DNA from: Candidatus Latescibacterota bacterium
Lineage (GTDB): Bacteria > Latescibacterota > UBA2968 > GCA-2709665
Assembly (NCBI GenBank): GCA_965222075.1
Contig: OZ244937.1
Span: 832,001 to 896,000 of the forward strand
DNA length: 64,000 nt
Direction: 5' to 3'
Below, in pieces: positions 57,943 to 64,000 of this stretch (its first letter is position 1; every line of letters starts with the position of its first letter). The notes under the pieces are model-generated. The model was not told the origin of the DNA. It was given only the letters and a program-made list of their open reading frames with translations, and did not search any database. Both the position numbers and the translations under genes were made by a program.

Positions 57943-59571
57943 ATGGCTTTTTCATCTGCTGGTACAACCCATCGGCCCACCGTAACCGGCACCCGGGGCA
58001 TGGTTGCCAGCGCCCACCCGCTGGCCAGCCTGGCAGGCGCGCGGGTGCTGATGGATGGGGGAAACGCGTTTGACGCTGCCGTGGCGGTGGCTGCGGCGCT
58101 GAATGTGGTGGAGCCTTATATGTCCGGGATTGCGGGCGTTGGCTACGCGCTGGTCTACAGCGCCCGGGAGGATAAGGTCCTCGCGCTGGATTACTGCGGG
58201 CGGACGCCCCATCATGCCACGCCGGACGCGTTCGATTCCAAATCGGTCCAGGATGCGGGGAGCCGGTCCTGCCTGGTGCCGGGGGCCTGCGGCGGGTGGC
58301 TGGCGCTGCTGGCGCGCTACGGCCGGACCGACAGGGCGGCGGCGTTCGCCCCGGCGATCGATCTGGCGGAGAACGGGTTTGCCGTGACCGTCAAAAATGC
58401 GGCGTTTATCCAGGCTGCGGTGCCCCGGATGCGGCCCACGGCCAGGCGTGTGATCCTGAGCCGGGGGCGGGCCCCCCTGCCGGGAGAGGTCCTGGTTCAA
58501 AAGGAGCTGGGCCGGACCTTCCGCCGTGTGGTGGAAGGGGGCGCAGAGGTGTTCTACAAGGGCGATCTGGCCCGGCAGATGGGTGAGTTTGTCCAGGGGG
58601 AAGGGGGCCTGCTTTCAGAGCGGGACCTGGCTGATTTTGAGGTCGAGTGGGTCGATGCGATTTCCACACCGTATCGGGGGTATGAGGTCTTCTGCCCCCC
58701 CCCGCCCAGCGCGGGATTCCAGATTCTGGAGACGCTGAATATGCTGGAGGCCTATCCTTTGGCCCGGATCGGCCACCATTCGGAGGAAGCCCTGCACCTG
58801 TTCATCGAGGCGTGCAAACTGGCCAATGCAGACCGGGTGGAATACGCCGCGGCCGAGCATCCACCGATTGCCGGACTGCTTTCCAAAGCGTATGCGGAAA
58901 AGCGCCGGGCGTTGATCGGGGAGCGGGCCGGCGTGGGCCGGGGGGAGTATTACAGGGCGACCCGGCTGCCCGGAGAGGTCGAGCCGGGGCAGGAAGCGGA
59001 CTGGGTCAACGAGTGTACCACCCACTTCGATGTGGTCGATGCCGAGGGGAACGCGGTGGCGATCACCCAGAGCCTGGGGTCGGGGTTCGGGTCGGGGATG
59101 ATCCTGGGGGAGACCGGGATGTTTCTGAACAATTTCATCAGATGGGGAGACCTGGTGCCCGGCAGCCCCAATTGTATTGAACCGCACACGAAGATCGATA
59201 TGTGCCTGTCTCCCTGCCAGATCTTCAGGGAGGGAGGGCTGGTTTCTGCGCTGGGCACGCCCGGGAGCTGGGGCATCCAGCAGACGACGACGCAGTTTCT
59301 GACGAATTATCTGGATTATGGGATGAATATTCAAGCGGCGATTGAAGCGCCCAGGTTCCGCTTCGAGCATCCCGGCACGCGGGTGTCCGTGGAGGCCCGG
59401 GTGCCGGCCGGCGTGCGCGCCGGACTGGAGAGGCGGGGGCACCGGATCGACCTTCTGCCCGACTGGTCGGCAGTGGTGGGAGGGGCGCAGGGAATCACCG
59501 TGGATGCAGAGAGCGGAGCGCTGATGGGGGGTGCGGATCCGAGGCGGGATGGGTATGCGATCGGGATGTAG
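57943..59571 (+). CDS. ggt: Gamma-glutamyltransferase family protein
   Basis: GGNAFDAAVA, TTHFDVVDAEGN, GTPG, GGADPRRDG. Confidence 0.92.
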   Translation: MAFSSAGTTHRPTVTGTRGMVASAHPLASLAGARVLMDGGNAFDAAVAVAAALNVVEPYMSGIAGVGYALVYSAREDKVLALDYCGRTPHHATPDAFDSKSVQDAGSRSCLVPGACGGWLALLARYGRTDRAAAFAPAIDLAENGFAVTVKNAAFIQAAVPRMRPTARRVILSRGRAPLPGEVLVQKELGRTFRRVVEGGAEVFYKGDLARQMGEFVQGEGGLLSERDLADFEVEWVDAISTPYRGYEVFCPPPPSAGFQILETLNMLEAYPLARIGHHSEEALHLFIEACKLANADRVEYAAAEHPPIAGLLSKAYAEKRRALIGERAGVGRGEYYRATRLPGEVEPGQEADWVNECTTHFDVVDAEGNAVAITQSLGSGFGSGMILGETGMFLNNFIRWGDLVPGSPNCIEPHTKIDMCLSPCQIFREGGLVSALGTPGSWGIQQTTTQFLTNYLDYGMNIQAAIEAPRFRFEHPGTRVSVEARVPAGVRAGLERRGHRIDLLPDWSAVVGGAQGITVDAESGALMGGADPRRDGYAIGM

Positions 59572-59685
59572 AAAGTTGTCAGTAGGAGGCAAAAGTAGGG
59601 AAGGGCGGTGGGTGGTGACTTGCCACTGGGGTTGGTTGGACGGTGGGTGGTAACTCGCCCCTGGAGTTGTGCGGAGAGGGGTGTT

Positions 59686-61059
59686 ATGAGGGAGTTTGCA
59701 AGGGATCAGGGGGAGCCGGCTTTTGTTCGGGTGGCGCGTGAGAGAATACAGGCGAGAGAGACGCGCTGGAACAGCAGGCTGGTGGTCCTCAACGGCGGGC
59801 TGATGTTTATGGCGTGGACGTTTACAAGTCCCGACCTGGTGCTGCCCGCATTTGTACTGAAGCTGACGTCCTCCAGCGTGATGATCGGGCTGGCCGGGGC
59901 GCTGATGCGCATCGGCTGGGCGTGGCCTCAGGTGTTTACTTCCCGTCTTATTGAGCCGCGGCCGAGGAAAATGCCCATTTTTCTCTTGTCCGGGAGCGTG
60001 CGGGGCGTCATATGGATTGTGATTGCGCTGCTGACCGTATGGCTGACAGACCGACATTCGGGGTTTTTTCTGGCCAGTTTTATGGTTTTGTATGCGGTTG
60101 CGACCTCTATGATGGGGATTTCCAACGTTCCCTGGATGGATATTGTGGGGAAGGCGGTGCCGGCCGGGGACCGGGCCCGGATATTCGCCCTGCGGCGGCT
60201 GCTGGGCGGGGGGCTTGCGATGGTTGCCGGGGCGTTGATTTCCTACGTGCTGAGCGAAGGAAGCGGGCTGCGGTTTCCGGTCAATTACGGACTGCTGTTT
60301 ACCCTGTCGGCGCTGGGCGCGGTGCTAAGCACGCTGGTTTTCAGCCGGGTTCGGGAGCCGATCGAGCCGGTGCGGAGAAGGCGGCTGCCGCTGGGGGCTT
60401 ACCTGGCCAGCGGGCTGAACCTGCTTAGAGAGGATGTGAACTACCGGCGCCTCTGCGGGGTGCAGTTCCTCTGGGCTTTCTGTGTGATGAGTACCCCTTT
60501 TTACGTGCCGTACGCGATTTCGGAATTTGAAATCGGAACGGCCTACGTGGGGCTGTTCGTCTCGGTGACGCAGTTCAGTTCGGTTCTGTCCAATGCGCTG
60601 TGGGCCTACCTGGGACACCGCAAGGGGAATCAGGCGCTTCTGGTTTACGGGTCCTATTTTCTGGGGCTGTCCGTTGCCGTGCCCCTGCTGACAGGGGTTG
60701 TGCCCGATTGGACGGTGGCGCCCTTTGCGGCCTGGGGGAGTGAGACGGCGTTTAACCTCCGCGTTGCGTTTTATGCGCTTACGTTTGTCTTTTCGGGTTT
60801 TGCGACCAGCGCGATGTTTGCAGGACGGATGAGCTATGTGCTGGATATTGCGCCGGCCGACCGCCGGCCGACTTATACGAGCTTTATGAATATGTTCATG
60901 CTGCCCCAGGGGCTGTTGCCGGTGGTGGCCGGGCTGCTGGTTGCATGGATCTCTTATTGGAATATGTTTCTGATTGCACTGATTTTTGCCCCCATTTCAG
61001 TGATCCTGGCCCGGCGGTTGAGGGAGGTCGGAAAAGCAACCCCCGATGAACCCGGATGA
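59686..61059 (+). CDS. MFS transporter
   Basis: ~12 hydrophobic segments, WMDIVGK, DIAP..RRPTY. Confidence 0.85.
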   Translation: MREFARDQGEPAFVRVARERIQARETRWNSRLVVLNGGLMFMAWTFTSPDLVLPAFVLKLTSSSVMIGLAGALMRIGWAWPQVFTSRLIEPRPRKMPIFLLSGSVRGVIWIVIALLTVWLTDRHSGFFLASFMVLYAVATSMMGISNVPWMDIVGKAVPAGDRARIFALRRLLGGGLAMVAGALISYVLSEGSGLRFPVNYGLLFTLSALGAVLSTLVFSRVREPIEPVRRRRLPLGAYLASGLNLLREDVNYRRLCGVQFLWAFCVMSTPFYVPYAISEFEIGTAYVGLFVSVTQFSSVLSNALWAYLGHRKGNQALLVYGSYFLGLSVAVPLLTGVVPDWTVAPFAAWGSETAFNLRVAFYALTFVFSGFATSAMFAGRMSYVLDIAPADRRPTYTSFMNMFMLPQGLLPVVAGLLVAWISYWNMFLIALIFAPISVILARRLREVGKATPDEPG

Positions 61060-61085
61060 ACACCGAGAGGGGCGGGTGCGTGTGT

Positions 61086-62459
61086 CTACGCCGGGATCTG
61101 TTGGGCGAGTTCCTCTGCCGGGTACGTGAGGATTTCGGCCAGGGTGGGGTGGTAGTGGGGGATGCGGGCCAGGTCTCTGACCGTCCCTTGAAAGTACATG
61201 ATCGCGATGAGTTCGTGGAAGAGTTCGGAGGCCTCCGGGCCGACGATGTGGCCGCCTAAGATCTCACCGGTTTTGGGGTCGCAGAGGATTTTGACAAATC
61301 CGTGCGTTTCGCCTGAGATCATGGATTTTCCGTGGTCGTTGAAGGGGTATTTGGCCACCAGGTAGTTGATCCCCTGCTGTTGGCACTCTTTTTCAAGGAG
61401 GCCCACGGAGGCGACCTGGGGGTCGGTAAAGACCACGGAGGCGCGTAGCCGGTAGTCCATGGTCTTTTTGGGCGTTTCCAAAACGGCGTTGTGGCCCGCG
61501 ATTTCACCCTGTTGAATGGCGATGTGGACGATTTCGTAGGTGCCCACGCAGTCGCCGGCCGCAAAGACGTTTTTCGCACTGGTGCGCATCTGGTCGTCCA
61601 CCACGATCCGGCTGTTTTCGATGTCCACGCCGGCCTTTCTCAGGTTCAGGCTTTTTACGTTGGGCACCCTCCCCAGGGCCTGGAAGACGGTTTCGGCAGA
61701 GGCCCTGCGCCGCCTGCCGTCCTGGAGGAAGTGGGCGGTGATGCGGCCGTTCTTTTTTGTGAAGCGGGTGAGTTTTGCGCCGGTGTACACGGCCATGCCC
61801 TCTTCACGGAAGCGGGCCTCGACCGGGCGGGCCATATCTTCGTCGCAGGCGCTGTGGATGTGGCCGCTGCGCTGGATGAGGGCTGTGCGAGTGCCCAGCC
61901 GACAGAAGAACTGCCCCAGTTCGGTTGCTACGGGACCTGCTCCGAGTACGACCATCGATTTGGGGAGTTTACGGAGGTTGAGGGCTTCGTCGCTGGTGAT
62001 GTACCCGGCTTCATCCAGGCCGGGGATGGGGACATGCCGGGGGATCGATCCGGTGGTGATGATGACGCTTTCGGCCTGGAGGATATCAGAGCCGACCCGC
62101 ACCCGGCGCGGGCTTTCAAACCGGGCGCGCCCCCGGATGAGTTTGAAGCGGGAATTTTTGAGCTGCTGGATGCGGTAGTCGGCAAATTCCTTGACCAGGG
62201 CCTTTTTCCGGTCGGCGATGGCGGGCAGGTCCGCTTTTAGCCTGGATGCGGCAAGGCCGAACGCTCCGGCCCGCCTCATCAGCGCCATGATGTCTGAAGA
62301 GCGGAGCAGGGCCTTGGAGGGCATACAGCCCCGCAGGATGCAGAGGCCACCCAGAGGGCCTTTGTCTACGATTGCGACCTTTGCTCCAAGGTCAGCCGCG
62401 GTGCGTGCGGCCGCATAACCGGCGCTTCCTCCTCCAATGACGATGACGTCGAATTTCAT
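61086..62459 (-). CDS. Pyridine nucleotide-disulfide oxidoreductase (dihydrolipoamide dehydrogenase/MerA-like)
   Basis: GGGSAG, GGLCILRGCMPSK, HYHPTLAE. Confidence 0.9.
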   Translation of the reverse strand: MKFDVIVIGGGSAGYAAARTAADLGAKVAIVDKGPLGGLCILRGCMPSKALLRSSDIMALMRRAGAFGLAASRLKADLPAIADRKKALVKEFADYRIQQLKNSRFKLIRGRARFESPRRVRVGSDILQAESVIITTGSIPRHVPIPGLDEAGYITSDEALNLRKLPKSMVVLGAGPVATELGQFFCRLGTRTALIQRSGHIHSACDEDMARPVEARFREEGMAVYTGAKLTRFTKKNGRITAHFLQDGRRRRASAETVFQALGRVPNVKSLNLRKAGVDIENSRIVVDDQMRTSAKNVFAAGDCVGTYEIVHIAIQQGEIAGHNAVLETPKKTMDYRLRASVVFTDPQVASVGLLEKECQQQGINYLVAKYPFNDHGKSMISGETHGFVKILCDPKTGEILGGHIVGPEASELFHELIAIMYFQGTVRDLARIPHYHPTLAEILTYPAEELAQQIPA

Positions 62460-62572
62460 AGGTCTGTTCCCCGCGGAAAAGAGAGAGCAAAACGGGCGAT
62501 AGCCGGACCCGTGGTCTGTGGTCTTTGTTGACCTATCAAGATACCGCTGTCCCAAAGCGAGGCAAGGAAAAA

Positions 62573-64000
62573 ATGGCAGAGATCGTTCGGGCCGGGGGTG
62601 GAGGCGCCGTGGTGAGCCTGTGGCGACGGGAGGGCGGCTACGGTGAGGTGCTGAAGATCGCCGTTCCCCTGATTCTGAGCACGGGGTCGTGGAGCATCCA
62701 GCACTTTGTGGACCGGATGTTTCTGACCTGGTACAGCCGGGACGCCCTGGCGGCGGCGTCGCCGGCGGGGATGCTCTGCTTCACGGTTGCCAGCTTTTTT
62801 ATCGGGACAGCTTCCTATGTGAATACGTTCGTGGCCCAGTATTCGGGGGCGGGCCGTTCCAGGCGGGTGGGACCTTCGGTCTGGCAGGGGATCTATTTCG
62901 GGCTGATCGCCGGTCTGTTTTTGCTGGGGCTGATTCCCTTTGCGGACCGGCTCTTCGCGTGGGTGGGGCACGAGCCGGCGATCCGCTCGCTGGAGACGGC
63001 GTATTTCAGGATCTTATGCATCGGAGGGCCGACCATTACGGGGGCGGCGCTGTCCGCGTTCTTCAGCGGGCGGGGGGAGACGCTGACGGTGATGTGGGTG
63101 AATTTCGCTGCGATGGCCCTGAATATCGTGCTGGATTACGCCTGGATCTTCGGGAGGTGGGGGTTCCCGCAGTGGGGCGTCCAGGGGGCGGCCTGGGCAA
63201 CGGTTGCGGCGCAGTTTTTCTCAACGGCGCTCTTTCTGGTTCTGATGCTGCGGCCCGAGTTTCGAAAGACCTTCAATACCCTGGGGGGCTGGCGGCCGGA
63301 AGGGGATCTCTTCCGGCGGCTGGTGCGCTTCGGGGTGCCAACCGGGGTGCAGTTTATGCTTGAGATCTTCGGGTTTTCCCTGTTTATCGTGCTGGTCGGC
63401 CGGCTGGGCACGGTTGCCCTGGCAGCTACGAATATTACCTTCAATATCAACTCCCTGGCCTTTCTGCCGATGCTTGGGATGGGCATGGCGGTTTCAACGC
63501 TGGTGGGCCGCTATTTGGGACAGGACCGGGCAGACCTGGCCGAACGAAGCACCTGGTCGGCCCTTCACCTGTGTATGGTCTATATGGGGACGATGGCGGT
63601 CGGATACGTGGCGTTGCCCGAACTCTTTATGCGTCCTTTCGCGTCTTACGCCGATCCGCAGACCTTTGTGCCCGTGCAGCAGATGGGCGTCGTGCTGCTG
63701 CGGTTCGTGGCGGTCTATTCCGTGTTCGATGCGATGTATATTGTGTTTGCAGGCGGTATCAAGGGGGCCGGGGATACCCGGTTCGTGATGTGGGCTTCGA
63801 CCCTGCTCGTCTGGGGGTTGATGGTGATTCCGGCGTACCTGGCCTGTGTGGTCTACGGATGGGGGCTTTATGTGGCGTGGGGGTTTATGACCGCCTATAT
63901 TTTCCTGGCAGGCTTTGTGTTCTTGGCACGGTTCCGGGGGGGGAAGTGGAAGTCGATGCGGGTGATCGAGACAAGGTCGGTCACTGAGGAGCCGGATACG
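62573..64000 (+). CDS. MATE family efflux transporter (runs off window end)
   Basis: Manual translation: EVLKIAVPLILS...FVDRMFL, VAQYSGA, GIKGAGDT, RFRGGKW. Confidence 0.88.
   Translation, partial: MAEIVRAGGGGAVVSLWRREGGYGEVLKIAVPLILSTGSWSIQHFVDRMFLTWYSRDALAAASPAGMLCFTVASFFIGTASYVNTFVAQYSGAGRSRRVGPSVWQGIYFGLIAGLFLLGLIPFADRLFAWVGHEPAIRSLETAYFRILCIGGPTITGAALSAFFSGRGETLTVMWVNFAAMALNIVLDYAWIFGRWGFPQWGVQGAAWATVAAQFFSTALFLVLMLRPEFRKTFNTLGGWRPEGDLFRRLVRFGVPTGVQFMLEIFGFSLFIVLVGRLGTVALAATNITFNINSLAFLPMLGMGMAVSTLVGRYLGQDRADLAERSTWSALHLCMVYMGTMAVGYVALPELFMRPFASYADPQTFVPVQQMGVVLLRFVAVYSVFDAMYIVFAGGIKGAGDTRFVMWASTLLVWGLMVIPAYLACVVYGWGLYVAWGFMTAYIFLAGFVFLARFRGGKWKSMRVIETRSVTEEPDT

Overview
GC-rich (~60-65% by eye) bacterial chromosomal segment. 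The GWxTD protein, Oar-like TonB receptor and dockerin-like DFDGDG tail suggest a Latescibacterota/FCB-associated lineage (inference only). 1-26.4 kb and 49.8-64 kb are mostly catabolic and housekeeping genes: enolase, epimerases, Ldh_2, hydantoinase A/B, AGT, RlmI, rhomboid, tRNA-Gly, MetE-like, ArgE, GGT, MFS, MATE. About 26.4-49.7 kb is a mosaic defence/accessory island. It holds an IS1595 remnant, a NYN RNase with a structured leader, two leaderless higBA modules sharing one operator, PD-(D/E)XK and HNH nucleases, a single-chain type IIG/ISP-like R-M enzyme whose 3' end recurs as a diverged copy bracketing a nuclease gene, a SPARTA (TIR-APAZ plus short Argonaute, the latter frameshifted), and a DUF4258 gene paired with a YgiT Zn-finger/HEPN-like fusion. 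Several non-autonomous elements are layered on top: a structured ~200-380 bp MITE-like family, a TA-duplicating MITE, REPs, and 19-33 bp CCTG...CAGG palindromes that insert without target duplication and nest inside each other. All alignments and folds were done by eye.
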